From the IMG/VR virus record IMGVR_UViG_2974506496_000001, positions 207,183 through 271,182 of that record: a stretch of 64,000 bases of DNA. The stretch is one strand, 5' to 3'. The DNA is from a virus. Lineage: Duplodnaviria > Caudoviricetes. Of the stretch, positions 37,606-50,743 are shown piece by piece. The position numbers were made by a program, and so were the translations under genes. How positions within the stretch are numbered: the first letter of the stretch is position 1; every line of letters starts with the position of its first letter. The notes beneath the pieces are model-generated. The model searched no databases and was not told where the DNA came from. It was given only the letters and a program-made list of their open reading frames with translations.

Positions 37606-38991
37606 ATGTCTTTACACCAAAAGCTCCTCTCTGCCGGGCTGGAGGCGTTTGATGCGCCTCCGGCTGCTCCGGTAGTAGCGGCAGTAGTACCTGCTCCATT
37701 TGATAACAACGCCCCGGTTAGCGAAGACCCGGAACTGATTCGTGAAGAGACTGCCGCTCGTTTAGCGCTCGTGTCGATCATCGAAGCGGAACGTGACGAA
37801 GAAGACTCGCGGTCAGCGGTTTACGAACTGCGTCGTCTGTCTGATGGTTTGGAAGGGTTGATGGTTGAGATTCAAAACGTCAACAACCCAGAAGAACCGA
37901 CTGAAGACGAAATGGCGATGTTGAAAGCCACCGCCCAGCAAGTACGTAAAGAGCTGCTGGAAGATGGTGAGCAAGAACTCGTCATCAATGTCGAAAACGG
38001 CATTCTGGTCGGTTCACAGGAAGGTCTGGCTGATGCCCTCAGTAATGTGGCGAAGAAGATCGGTTTTGCATTAGGTAATGCAGCGAAAGGTTTACTGAGC
38101 AAAGGCGAGCAGGCGAAAGCGCCGTTGTCTTATAACCGTAAACTGGCAGCTGAACTGAAAGCGAAAATCGATAAGCTCGGCACGACAGAATTTGACTTTA
38201 CCATGCCAGCTGATCTGGTCCGTCAGATTCGTGTGAGCGATACCGGTCCGGTTGATGCACTCAAAGCAGTAGCAGACTTCCCGGCAGCACTTGATGCCTG
38301 GTATCTGACCCCTGCTGATGCAGCAATGAACCTGTTTGAAAAACACGCCAACATCGTGCAGGCGATTGCCGGTAGCAAGACTCTCGAAGAGTTCAACACG
38401 AACTATGCGAAACTGAGCTCACTGGCACCACCGCTACCTGCAGGCGCTAAACGCCTTGATCCGATTAACACGCGGGATTATATCTTCGATGTTAATGAAC
38501 ATCACCCAAGTATGGGTCGTGTGGCTCGCTACTATTATGTTGCGCGTCCGGATGTGGGTAAAACGCCTGAAGATAAAGCGCTGGATAATGTCATTGCTTT
38601 GGCGCAGTATTCGACCGGGATCTATCCGTTCGATAAGATCTCTAAACGCAAAGCAACTGATGAGCAGGTGAAGTTCAGCGCGGCTGAAGTCAAAGGCTTG
38701 CTGGATGACATGCTGAAAGCGTGTGACGTGGTTGATAAGTACCTTTCACGTCTTGCAGTCGCCAGCACAATGGATAAGCGCTACAACGCTCTGGTTGATT
38801 TACTCAATAGCGACTTGCGTAAACAAGAGTGGTGTTCCACAGAAGTCAACCGCATGGCACGCGTTGCGTTGATCTCAATGGATGCGTATTATTCATACGG
38901 GTTTGCTTATACCAGTCGTGCTTACGAGCTGATGGAGGTGATCGTCAAGTTGGTGAAGAAAGCCGTGTATAAATCTGACCTCAGTAAGTAA
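37606..38991 (+). CDS. Internal head protein, paralog family
   Basis: MSLHQKLLSAGLEAF start; DGLE, GSQE sites. Confidence 0.75.
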   Translation: MSLHQKLLSAGLEAFDAPPAAPVVAAVVPAPFDNNAPVSEDPELIREETAARLALVSIIEAERDEEDSRSAVYELRRLSDGLEGLMVEIQNVNNPEEPTEDEMAMLKATAQQVRKELLEDGEQELVINVENGILVGSQEGLADALSNVAKKIGFALGNAAKGLLSKGEQAKAPLSYNRKLAAELKAKIDKLGTTEFDFTMPADLVRQIRVSDTGPVDALKAVADFPAALDAWYLTPADAAMNLFEKHANIVQAIAGSKTLEEFNTNYAKLSSLAPPLPAGAKRLDPINTRDYIFDVNEHHPSMGRVARYYYVARPDVGKTPEDKALDNVIALAQYSTGIYPFDKISKRKATDEQVKFSAAEVKGLLDDMLKACDVVDKYLSRLAVASTMDKRYNALVDLLNSDLRKQEWCSTEVNRMARVALISMDAYYSYGFAYTSRAYELMEVIVKLVKKAVYKSDLSK

Positions 38992-39002
38992 ACGGAGAAA
39001 AC

Positions 39003-40373
39003 ATGTCCGCGATTAATGACTTTCTATTTACTGCGGGCATGGAGGGGTTTAACGACCCCTCCTCTATACCGCCCGTTGGTATAGTTGTGCCCTTTTTTGG
39101 TGTTGAGGAGTTCGCCGAAGCGGATGCTGAACAATCTGTACGTATGACAGAGATGAACCAGCAAGCCGAAGCAATTCAACGCCTGCAACAAACGCTGGTC
39201 TACATCAACGCTCACCGTCCGACCTTTGACCGTGAGAATGCTGCCGTCGTGCAGCAAGCACTGGGTGAAGTGCAGGTACTGATGCCCGACATGGAAGACC
39301 CGGTCACCATCATGGGGTCGCTGGAGCATTATACGCCGGCTTACACCAACCACCTGCTTGCGCACGGTATTGAAGGCATTGGTGATAAGATCCTGAGCGT
39401 GGTCAAGAAGATCATCGAACTCTTGAAGAAAGGTTATGCCTTCTTGAGTAAAGCCATCCAGGCAAAGGGTGTGGTCTTCGGTAAACAGAAGCGCGAACTC
39501 GATGACCTCAATGCGTGGTTTAAAGAGCAACGCAAAAGCAACGATAAGCCCGCTACCACCACCGGTAATGAACCTAAGGTTGTTACGGTCACTGCCCCGA
39601 CCTATCTGTACACCGTCGACAGTAACAAACCGTTAGCGGCAGATCGCTTAGCAAGCGAAGTGGCAAAGTACAATAAATTCCTGCAGGCCTTCTCGGTTGA
39701 TTTCATCCGGGCGCATATTACCCTGGGTGATCTCTATATTCGTGCACTGGGTAGTCTGGATATTGCCAGCACCAGTAACGAAGAGTTGTTCACCAAGATG
39801 TTTAAGGGCCAGTTTAAATACCAGGCCTCGGGTGCATCGCTGTACACCAAACGCAACGGCGAGATGTGTGATATCGAAACAGTTGGGTTGATTGGCGGGA
39901 TTGGCTTTAAAGCCTCCATCGCGAATATCCTGGTCGCACCGCTTGAGATGACTGCAGACGGTTCTAACCAGCGTAAGTTCTTCAAGCAGATGAACGGGTT
40001 ATACAACTACAGTTTTGTCTCCAAAATAAAAATGGATGGCAGTACGGTAGGGAATACCCCAATCTATGCTTGCAGTCTCGCTGACGCTGAGCGGTTGGTG
40101 AATCAACTTGATATGTTGACCAACTGGATGATTAACAGTCAACACGACGAAGAGATCCGTGACTTTAATAAGCGGGTGACTGAGTGTGTGGATAAGCTGG
40201 CTGATCGTGCCGGTCGTCTGGGTAATGACCGCAGTGATTTTATCACTACTGTGATCAACGCCTTGTCTGGTATCTCCAGTGGTCTGGAAAATGTGTCTCG
40301 TGGCATGAATCAGCAAACGAACACATTGATCAACAACTTGCGTGAGTACGTTACCAAATCCACGAAAGCGTAA
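39003..40373 (+). CDS. Internal head protein, paralog family
   Basis: MSAINDFLFTAGMEGF start; GSLE, HGIE sites. Confidence 0.75.
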   Translation: MSAINDFLFTAGMEGFNDPSSIPPVGIVVPFFGVEEFAEADAEQSVRMTEMNQQAEAIQRLQQTLVYINAHRPTFDRENAAVVQQALGEVQVLMPDMEDPVTIMGSLEHYTPAYTNHLLAHGIEGIGDKILSVVKKIIELLKKGYAFLSKAIQAKGVVFGKQKRELDDLNAWFKEQRKSNDKPATTTGNEPKVVTVTAPTYLYTVDSNKPLAADRLASEVAKYNKFLQAFSVDFIRAHITLGDLYIRALGSLDIASTSNEELFTKMFKGQFKYQASGASLYTKRNGEMCDIETVGLIGGIGFKASIANILVAPLEMTADGSNQRKFFKQMNGLYNYSFVSKIKMDGSTVGNTPIYACSLADAERLVNQLDMLTNWMINSQHDEEIRDFNKRVTECVDKLADRAGRLGNDRSDFITTVINALSGISSGLENVSRGMNQQTNTLINNLREYVTKSTKA

Positions 40374-40466
40374 ATTATTATATGTGTTAACGGCCCTGCA
40401 GGAAACGCGGGGCCTTATCACAATACGATCGTATTTAATTTCATGAAATTAAGGTAGAGACTCACT

Positions 40467-41822
40467 ATGTCTATTCAAGCATTTTTAAACCTCGGCGCCG
40501 AGGCTTTCGAAGACGCACCGGTTGTTGAAGAAGCACCGGTTGTAGTTGTTGCACCAGTACCAGAAGAAGTGATCGAGCTGATTGCCGAGCGTGATGATTC
40601 GAACATCGCCCTGGCTATTGCTCAGGATGCGGCGGCAATGTCTGCTGCTGAGCGTCAGGTGGAAGAGTTTGCTTCCGCAATCGAGCGCGTTGAAAATGTC
40701 CAGGCATCAATGGAGCACTTCATCGAAGCGGGCCTGTCGCAGAAATCAGCAATGATGCTGCATCGCCAGATCTCAACAGTTATGGCATCTGTCGGCAAGG
40801 ATGGCAGCGCCATCGGTGGCGGTCTGGAAAACTTCGACAACGAAGAAGCCAGCATTGCACTGCTGACCGCTGGTCTGGAAGCACTGGATGCCGAGAAAGC
40901 CGATCTGTCCTCCCGTGCCGGTGCATCTATTGCCGGTATCGCTGGTAACATTAAAAGCTTTCTGGGCAACATCAGTACTCAGGCCGGTCGTTATAAACTG
41001 CGTGCTGAAGCGATCGTTAAATCTGCTGACGGCGCTGAAGCCAAGTCCGGTACTGTTGAAGTAAAAGATAAACACCTGGTTGTAAAAGGTGGCAATCCAT
41101 CAACTAACCTGAAAGGCGATCTGGGTAACTTCAGCAAGCTGGTTGGTGCGGCAATCGCTACCTTCATCGAAGGCGATATCGTTAAAGAAGGCAGCGCCCT
41201 GGCAAAAGCTGGCGAGACCATCATTAAAGCGACTACCGCTGATGTGGCAGTGAAAGCTGCAATGGGTGTGAAACACAATCCATTCCCGGGCGCAACCATC
41301 GCAGTGCAGGACAAAGACACCTTCAGTATCAAACGTACTGAAGTGGTTCTCGGCGGCTATGCGGTATTCGATCTGCAATATAAAGCCACCGGCGGCGAAG
41401 GTGCTGAAGCAGCTGTTGCGCATCTGAATGCACTGAGCAAAAACCGCGTTACTCTTCGTCAGGCTCCAGTTGAAGCTGGTAGCGAGAAAGTATTCTCTGC
41501 CACTATGTCTCCGGCCGATGGCGCAGCACTGGCGAAAGATGTTATCGCAATGCTGGACAACATCACAGCGGTCAATAACCGTAGCCTGGGTGCGGTAAGT
41601 GGTGCACTGGCCCGTCTGGGTACCAGCGTTGTGTTGAAAGGTGCTGTGGCGAAAGACGCAGACAAAGACGTGAAGAAAATTGCTGGTGCCATGGGTAAAA
41701 CCCTGGTTGGTTCTATCCAGGCTGTTAACAGTCTGCCACGCGATGCCCTGAGCGCTGCGCTGAAAGTGTCTGATGCTGTACTGAAAGTTGCTAAGAAAGC
41801 TGCTGCAGGTCAAGTAGACTAA
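40467..41822 (+). CDS. Internal head protein, paralog family
   Basis: LGAEAF, ASME, GGLE, AGLE sites; VLGGY motif. Confidence 0.75.
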   Translation: MSIQAFLNLGAEAFEDAPVVEEAPVVVVAPVPEEVIELIAERDDSNIALAIAQDAAAMSAAERQVEEFASAIERVENVQASMEHFIEAGLSQKSAMMLHRQISTVMASVGKDGSAIGGGLENFDNEEASIALLTAGLEALDAEKADLSSRAGASIAGIAGNIKSFLGNISTQAGRYKLRAEAIVKSADGAEAKSGTVEVKDKHLVVKGGNPSTNLKGDLGNFSKLVGAAIATFIEGDIVKEGSALAKAGETIIKATTADVAVKAAMGVKHNPFPGATIAVQDKDTFSIKRTEVVLGGYAVFDLQYKATGGEGAEAAVAHLNALSKNRVTLRQAPVEAGSEKVFSATMSPADGAALAKDVIAMLDNITAVNNRSLGAVSGALARLGTSVVLKGAVAKDADKDVKKIAGAMGKTLVGSIQAVNSLPRDALSAALKVSDAVLKVAKKAAAGQVD

Positions 41823-41842
41823 TCGAGTAACTTGACAACCTT

Positions 41843-41876
41843 AGGGGGAGAGGGGTTTCCCTCTCCTCTTATACCG
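41843..41876 (+). terminator. Hairpin + TATACCG variant element
   Basis: ggagaggg/ccctctcc stem then tctTATACCG. Confidence 0.7.
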
Positions 41877-41893
41877 ACCAAGAAGGTGAATGC

Positions 41894-44236
41894 ATGTCAA
41901 CCATGACAGAACTGGGTCCGTCACAAGGCACACTCCTTGCGGATGAGAAAGCAGTACACGATGACGCGGCCACCGAAGCCACCGAAGTTGCACTCCACGT
42001 ATTAAAGAAGATTGGTAAGAAGAAAGAGAAAGATGACGAGGATGAAGAGGTCGTGCTCTCCTTTGGTAGCGAAGGCTATGCCATGCTCACCAGTATGTCA
42101 TTTGATCTGACTGAGAACTCCGATCTGGCCGTACAGGAACTCCTGGATAAGATCACCACCATCGTCATTGAAGCAAATGGCAATCTCACGCAGAAAGATC
42201 TGGAGAAGATCAAGAGTGTGGGGAATGAGTCGTTATTAGGCGATGGGAATGAAGACTATAAAGAAGTCGTCACCATGGTCATGAAACGGATCATGCAATT
42301 CATTCGCTGGGCGATCAACCAGGGTAAGGAAGGGATCAAACGGGTTGCTGACCGCTTGAGTCGTCTGAGCGTGAAGACGATGTATGTTGAGCGTAAGATC
42401 GATATCTCCACTGACAACTCATTGCCGACTGACAAGTTTGTGTTACCGCGCAGCTATCCAATGCTGATGATGGTGAACAAACCACCGGCCAATGCCATGG
42501 AAGTGATTAACGCCGTCAACCGCACCAAGTATCTCTTCACCACGCTACATAACGACTACCAAGGCTTCCAGGCGTTGTTTAAGGCAGCGGTAGCCACTGG
42601 CTCTCGGGCTGACACCTTAGAGATGATCAACAACTATCTCAACGGGTTGATCAGTAAGCTCTCAGCACGCCCTAACCCACTGTTCGATAACCGCAATACC
42701 TTTAACCAGTTACCGGGTGGGTATCGTCTGGTGTTCTCAGAAGGTCAGTCGTTTGCGGATTGTGGGGCAACGATCCTGCGTACGCCGGAGAAATACGAAG
42801 CCGCACCGGCGGTTCAGCGTCCAGATAAAGCGAGTCTGGTACGGTTGGTCAGTGAGATCAAAACCTACCTGCGGGTGATTAACGAAGTCTACGGTAAAGT
42901 CTCCAGTCGGTTGGAGGTTGATTTCCGTAACATCGTGAAAGCCGCTGAGAAAGAAGTGAAGGGGTTTGATTCAACAGCAGATATCCGCACTGCCTCGACC
43001 ACCATCGAATGGTTCACCGAACAGCAGTCACGCCTGTATACCCGCTCAATGATGCTCTCTTGTACGGTATTGAATGCCGCGCTTGATTACTGTCTGGGTG
43101 CCATTGGGGCGAAACCGGCTGTCGGGACCGAAAGCTTTGATATCCTTGATACCTCATCAATGGGTTATGCGATCGAGTCGCTGGGCGAGCAAATGGAACG
43201 GCTTGACGCTGGCTTGTGTGAACTGGAGATCGATGCCCGTACTATGCAGTCGATTACCGATGTCAAAGAGATGGTAGATGTCGATAACGATCACGTCATC
43301 CAGCTTCTGATGCAACAGCGCCCAAGCAGCTATTTCAATCCACCGGATGGACTGTCAGAGTACTCGCTGGGTGATGCCTTTAACGGCAGTGCTACGGCAC
43401 GTTATATTGGCAGGCGTTTAACCAGTATCGTTAACCTCACGAATCAGCTCTCAGGCACCACGGATTTGATGAAAGGGTTATTGGCTGAAATGCCAACGGG
43501 TGAGATCAAGCCAGGCAGTGATGCGGATGTAATCGAGCGTAACTCGTTGCTTGACCGGGAGATGTTTGAAGGTCATCCCCTGTGTGCGTTCCTGCATCGG
43601 GTAGACCGGGAAGGTATCTACGCCACCGATGTGATTCGCTATGTTACTGACACCTATGAGAAACTGCGTCAAGTGCGCACGACTCTGGCGGTTCAGGCTG
43701 AGCAGATGACACTAACAGTGGCTGATGGTGAGATGAACGTGAGCTTGTTGAAAGAGTTCCTGTTTAACGCCCCTCAGGAGCCCTTCACGGACAGCGTACT
43801 CTGTGGTGGATTCAGACTACAACCTGTAGCAGAAAAGCTCGGAGAACTCGTTATACACGGTGCTGTGATGGATTCCCCTCCACCACTGAAACCGATGACG
43901 ACTATCCATCGCCCAAGCTACGACGAGTATAATGGTGTCAACCAGCTGGCAAGCCTGTTCGGTAATGAACTGCGGGAACTGGCTAAGATCGCAGAGCGGC
44001 TACAAATCGGCACAGGGTATTTGCGCTACATCACAACCTCAGTAGCGGACAACCTCAATGAGGATGGCTTGAAAGGGGGTGGTGATGGTTGGTTCAATAC
44101 TGCACTTGAGTACTTGGCGGTGTCAGCACGCCAGTATCGCTGGATGTATCGCCTAACTGTTCAGTTGGCGGTGTATGAACACACCATGATCAATGCCCTG
44201 CGTCACTACAACAACTCAGGAGGCTGGCATGACTGA
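41894..44236 (+). CDS. Large head protein, apparent tandem fusion of two paralog-family domains
   Basis: 780 aa; LPGGYRL and LCGGFRL in the two halves; G-x-E sites at the N-terminus and mid-protein. Confidence 0.6.
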   Translation: MSTMTELGPSQGTLLADEKAVHDDAATEATEVALHVLKKIGKKKEKDDEDEEVVLSFGSEGYAMLTSMSFDLTENSDLAVQELLDKITTIVIEANGNLTQKDLEKIKSVGNESLLGDGNEDYKEVVTMVMKRIMQFIRWAINQGKEGIKRVADRLSRLSVKTMYVERKIDISTDNSLPTDKFVLPRSYPMLMMVNKPPANAMEVINAVNRTKYLFTTLHNDYQGFQALFKAAVATGSRADTLEMINNYLNGLISKLSARPNPLFDNRNTFNQLPGGYRLVFSEGQSFADCGATILRTPEKYEAAPAVQRPDKASLVRLVSEIKTYLRVINEVYGKVSSRLEVDFRNIVKAAEKEVKGFDSTADIRTASTTIEWFTEQQSRLYTRSMMLSCTVLNAALDYCLGAIGAKPAVGTESFDILDTSSMGYAIESLGEQMERLDAGLCELEIDARTMQSITDVKEMVDVDNDHVIQLLMQQRPSSYFNPPDGLSEYSLGDAFNGSATARYIGRRLTSIVNLTNQLSGTTDLMKGLLAEMPTGEIKPGSDADVIERNSLLDREMFEGHPLCAFLHRVDREGIYATDVIRYVTDTYEKLRQVRTTLAVQAEQMTLTVADGEMNVSLLKEFLFNAPQEPFTDSVLCGGFRLQPVAEKLGELVIHGAVMDSPPPLKPMTTIHRPSYDEYNGVNQLASLFGNELRELAKIAERLQIGTGYLRYITTSVADNLNEDGLKGGGDGWFNTALEYLAVSARQYRWMYRLTVQLAVYEHTMINALRHYNNSGGWHD

Positions 44237-44576
44237 TAACAGTAACAAGGCGTTGTATAATGCAGCGCGCTTGCCTGTTCTTTACGAGTACCCGCATGAC
44301 TTCACCCCGTATGCCCGTTTACTGGCTAACGAGAAGCAAGGCGCACAACCTTCGCAGGCGTTTGCTGAGATGCTGGCTAAGGTAACGGGTGATCCCTGGA
44401 CACTGACCCCTAAGCAACCGTATACCCTGTACGGTGCCAAGGTGACGTTGATTGGTGAGAACCAGCCCAACTTCCCAACCAGTAAACGGTTTCCTTACGT
44501 CCTGGTGTTGCAGTTGAGTACCAGGTATCAAGAACGCAAGTTATACCTGAGCTTTAAGATCTTGAAATCGAGCTGA
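44229..44576 (+). CDS. Small putative virion protein
   Basis: ATG 44229 with GGAGG RBS overlapping the previous gene end. Confidence 0.6.
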   Translation: MTDNSNKALYNAARLPVLYEYPHDFTPYARLLANEKQGAQPSQAFAEMLAKVTGDPWTLTPKQPYTLYGAKVTLIGENQPNFPTSKRFPYVLVLQLSTRYQERKLYLSFKILKSS

Positions 44577-44613
44577 GCATAAGGAGAGGGCAAACGCCCT
44601 CTCCTCTATGCCG
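44577..44613. terminator. Bidirectional hairpin + TATGCCG element
   Basis: GCATA-aggagagggc/gccctctcct-cTATGCCG between convergent stops. Confidence 0.8.
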
Positions 44614-45315
44614 TTATGCTTGTGGTGCTTCGCCACTGCCATCAGCTGGCGTGGTTTCATCTTCACTGAACGTATTGGGAATACGAGGCAGATCACCAAT
44701 CACAGTTGCGGAGGTTACCGCGTTCTTGAAAGTCCAGTAACGCTCAAGGTACGCATTATAAGACTCCAGCAGACGCTCAACCACGTCGATCACTTCAACC
44801 GGTAAGAGTTCAACCATTTGACCGTCAACAGTACGCAGACGAAATTTGGTTTCATCGGAGGCCCCGACGCGTTTCTCACCGACCACACGCATGCCCATCA
44901 GGTTAGCGCGTTCTTCAGCAGTCATCACCACTTTATAGTCTGTGCTTTCATGAGTAAATGCAATGCCGTTGTTAAGATCATTACTGATGATCTCTTTGGC
45001 ACTTTGCAGTGACATGTCTTTACCCATTGCCAGGTTGGCTGCGAGCTCTTCTTCATTATAAGCCCGCACATCCCAGAATTGGTAATAAAGACCGTCATCA
45101 CCTTTAACCGGTGTACCTTCGGTCACCACATCGCCATCCGGTCGATCAACCATGTTGACCATGGCGTAAGGACGAGGAAGGTTCAGCAGCTTCTCAGACT
45201 CGATGGTGCTACCCCAGCTGGTCTGCATGTTGTCCTGACGGGCATCATACATGTACTTCGGGTAAGCCATATCCTCGATACGGACGAGGGGTGTAGAATT
45301 CGTTACTGTAGTCAT
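44614..45315 (-). CDS. Fibre assembly chaperone-like protein (DUF4376/Tfa-like)
   Basis: Directly downstream of the fibre gene; RPDGDVVTEGTP..DGLYYQFW and a C-terminal helical domain ending VIGDLP. Confidence 0.55.
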   Translation of the reverse strand: MTTVTNSTPLVRIEDMAYPKYMYDARQDNMQTSWGSTIESEKLLNLPRPYAMVNMVDRPDGDVVTEGTPVKGDDGLYYQFWDVRAYNEEELAANLAMGKDMSLQSAKEIISNDLNNGIAFTHESTDYKVVMTAEERANLMGMRVVGEKRVGASDETKFRLRTVDGQMVELLPVEVIDVVERLLESYNAYLERYWTFKNAVTSATVIGDLPRIPNTFSEDETTPADGSGEAPQA

Positions 45316-45363
45316 TACGACTCCTTGAAGAATGCTGGGGCTTTCACCCCAGCACAGACGCCG

Positions 45364-48462
<3,099 letters not shown>

Positions 48463-48521
48463 TACAAACCTCTTTTAGTAACTATATTGCTGTTTAGTGT
48501 AAACGGGTTCACACTCGTGTG

Positions 48522-49055
48522 TTATGCCACGCTTTCAAGCTTCAGTGGCTGGCCGTCTTCAGTTGTGAGCCATTGACCACTTTCAGTCAGCAGGACAGGC
48601 TGCTGCGTCGCACCGGTGTTAATCAGCACCGCAAGGGTACCTTCATAGACGAGGCTACCTTGGAAGACGATGTCGTGCATGATACGACCTTCGCTGTCCG
48701 TGTTGTTCGCGTCAATGGTGCGATCTGAAATGTCATTGGCTGTGACCTGCAAGCCGTAACGACCGTTTAACGTCGCCAGCAGATCTTTAGTTGTGGATGG
48801 AGTACTAACAGTGAGTTCTGGAACAATGCCAAAAAACAACGTCGATACCTTGAGTCGGTCGAGGTTGACGATATTGCTCCCAACGTACCCTTTGTCAGCT
48901 ACAGCAATAACAGGGATGTCGGTATCGCGTTTACCCGCTCCTGTCACTGGCGTAGGGACACCAAAGTTAATTTGATCAGCCTGGATAGTAAGATTATTAT
49001 CCTGGTTAATTTGATCAACGATGATTTGGGCCGATGGCTGATTCAGGATGGTCAT
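48522..49055 (-). CDS. Virion structural protein; candidate anchor/adaptor for the collagen fibre
   Basis: First gene of the fibre operon; LLATLNGRYGL, SLVYEG; C-terminal LLTESGQWLTTEDGQPLKLE. Confidence 0.6.
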   Translation of the reverse strand: MTILNQPSAQIIVDQINQDNNLTIQADQINFGVPTPVTGAGKRDTDIPVIAVADKGYVGSNIVNLDRLKVSTLFFGIVPELTVSTPSTTKDLLATLNGRYGLQVTANDISDRTIDANNTDSEGRIMHDIVFQGSLVYEGTLAVLINTGATQQPVLLTESGQWLTTEDGQPLKLESVA

Positions 49056-49186
49056 ACTTTTCTCCCGTAAGCGCCGTTTCTGATGATCATATAATAATTT
49101 CTTTTCTACAAAACTAACCTAATCAAATAGGTATTCTGTGGTGAAATCGTATAGACATTAAAAGAAAGGGGATTGAGGATTACATC

Positions 49187-50743
49187 ATGCCCATTGTGAC
49201 TGAAGCTACACCTGAGCAACACAAGTCGATTATTCGCCCGGTGGTCATTGAAGTCGTCAACCAGATTCTGCCTGTCATGCGCTTAAGTAATGACGACGAA
49301 TTGATCTTCAATGGTTTTGCGGATATTGCCATGTTGTCAAATTCCATGATCGGTGTGAACCGTAACCCTGACTCGCCCATTCGTCCACCGGGTCCAAGTC
49401 AGATCATGGTTAATATCGAGGAGAGTGCAACCAGCACCACCTCACCTGAGATGGCGGTACTTTATCCTGAGAACCGGTTTATCATGCGTGATGCTCGCCT
49501 GGGGATTGGTGTCCGTCCGGTTCGTAAACGCACCTTACTCAACATCACCTTTAATAAACGTTTCCGCTCCAAAGCCGCCGCTGACCGCTGGCATTCCAAC
49601 ATGGAACAGCTGATGGCCCGTTATGTGCAGGATTATATCCACACCCTGGATTATCACTACAACATCCCTGACGGTATGCTGGTGATGCTCAGTGAGTTCT
49701 GGAAGCTGCGTGAAGCACAAGCGCCGTATAACCAGAACTTCGGTGAATGGCTCTCCTCGTGCATGGCGCCGTACCAGACGGTCACCACTAACCAGGCGGG
49801 TAAACAAGCACAGTTGTCATTTGCTGAATCGTTAGATAACGTGCAGGGGTGGTGGGATTTCGATGTGGTGCCCTACCCGGTCCGTGAGAACACCCGTGGG
49901 AACTGGCAAGTCACCTTCGATTACAAAGTCGAATTTGATAAGGTAATTGAATTGGTGATGAACTACCCGATCATCATTCATAACCAGATGCTTCCCCCGG
50001 AGATGATCCCTCAGCCACGCCTACCGAGCTATCGCAACAAGGTATATCAGAAGAACGCGATGATGTATCGGGCCGAAGCCGTACAGCAGGAAGTAGAGCC
50101 AGCAAACTACAGCTTGCGTGATTACCTGTGCTACCCGGTGTACGATGACTGGATACCGGAATACATCCCGCCGTATCAGATCGTGCAATACACTGCCCAG
50201 CTTGCTGTTGATCCGGCTGACCTGCGGTTGGTGGTTAACTTAAAAGAGTTGGGGGATTATGAGTTCACGGGAGCGGCACTGGAGTACTTGCGCTATGTGA
50301 AGAACCGGGCTTTCGTCAATACCCGTTCGGTGATTCAGCTGAAGGTGTATGAAGAGGATGTGCTGATCGATTCGGAGAAGCTCACCTTGGACAGTAACCT
50401 GGATGTGCACTGTGCCTTTGATCTGAACCTGCGTAAATCTTACCACATCATGGTCACCATCGACTCCGACCTGGCAAAACTGTCTGAACAGACCGTCAGT
50501 GAGTTAAAAGAAGATGGCTGGTTTACTGAGAATGTCTTGCAGGTGATCTACCCGCAGTATCTCAATGCCCCGGTTTGGCCAAAACCCAATGACCGGGGGA
50601 CGATCTCTGATCTTGCCTGGGATCGGTTTGTGGCGGCACTCTACCCGACCAACCAGTGGTACCGCAAGCCGGACATCGCCCAGCTAACGATTGGACAGTT
50701 TACCATTCTTGCTAAGAAGAGAAACGATCATGGCTATCGCTAA
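49187..50743 (+). CDS. Conserved phiKZ-like virion structural protein
   Basis: 518 aa, GAGGA RBS, structural-module synteny. Confidence 0.6.
   Translation: MPIVTEATPEQHKSIIRPVVIEVVNQILPVMRLSNDDELIFNGFADIAMLSNSMIGVNRNPDSPIRPPGPSQIMVNIEESATSTTSPEMAVLYPENRFIMRDARLGIGVRPVRKRTLLNITFNKRFRSKAAADRWHSNMEQLMARYVQDYIHTLDYHYNIPDGMLVMLSEFWKLREAQAPYNQNFGEWLSSCMAPYQTVTTNQAGKQAQLSFAESLDNVQGWWDFDVVPYPVRENTRGNWQVTFDYKVEFDKVIELVMNYPIIIHNQMLPPEMIPQPRLPSYRNKVYQKNAMMYRAEAVQQEVEPANYSLRDYLCYPVYDDWIPEYIPPYQIVQYTAQLAVDPADLRLVVNLKELGDYEFTGAALEYLRYVKNRAFVNTRSVIQLKVYEEDVLIDSEKLTLDSNLDVHCAFDLNLRKSYHIMVTIDSDLAKLSEQTVSELKEDGWFTENVLQVIYPQYLNAPVWPKPNDRGTISDLAWDRFVAALYPTNQWYRKPDIAQLTIGQFTILAKKRNDHGYR

Noticed and set aside
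48463-48521. Possible readthrough or frameshift fusion of adaptor and collagen fibre
   Set aside because: 59-nt gap is out of frame, no slippery site is evident, and the fibre has its own GAGG RBS
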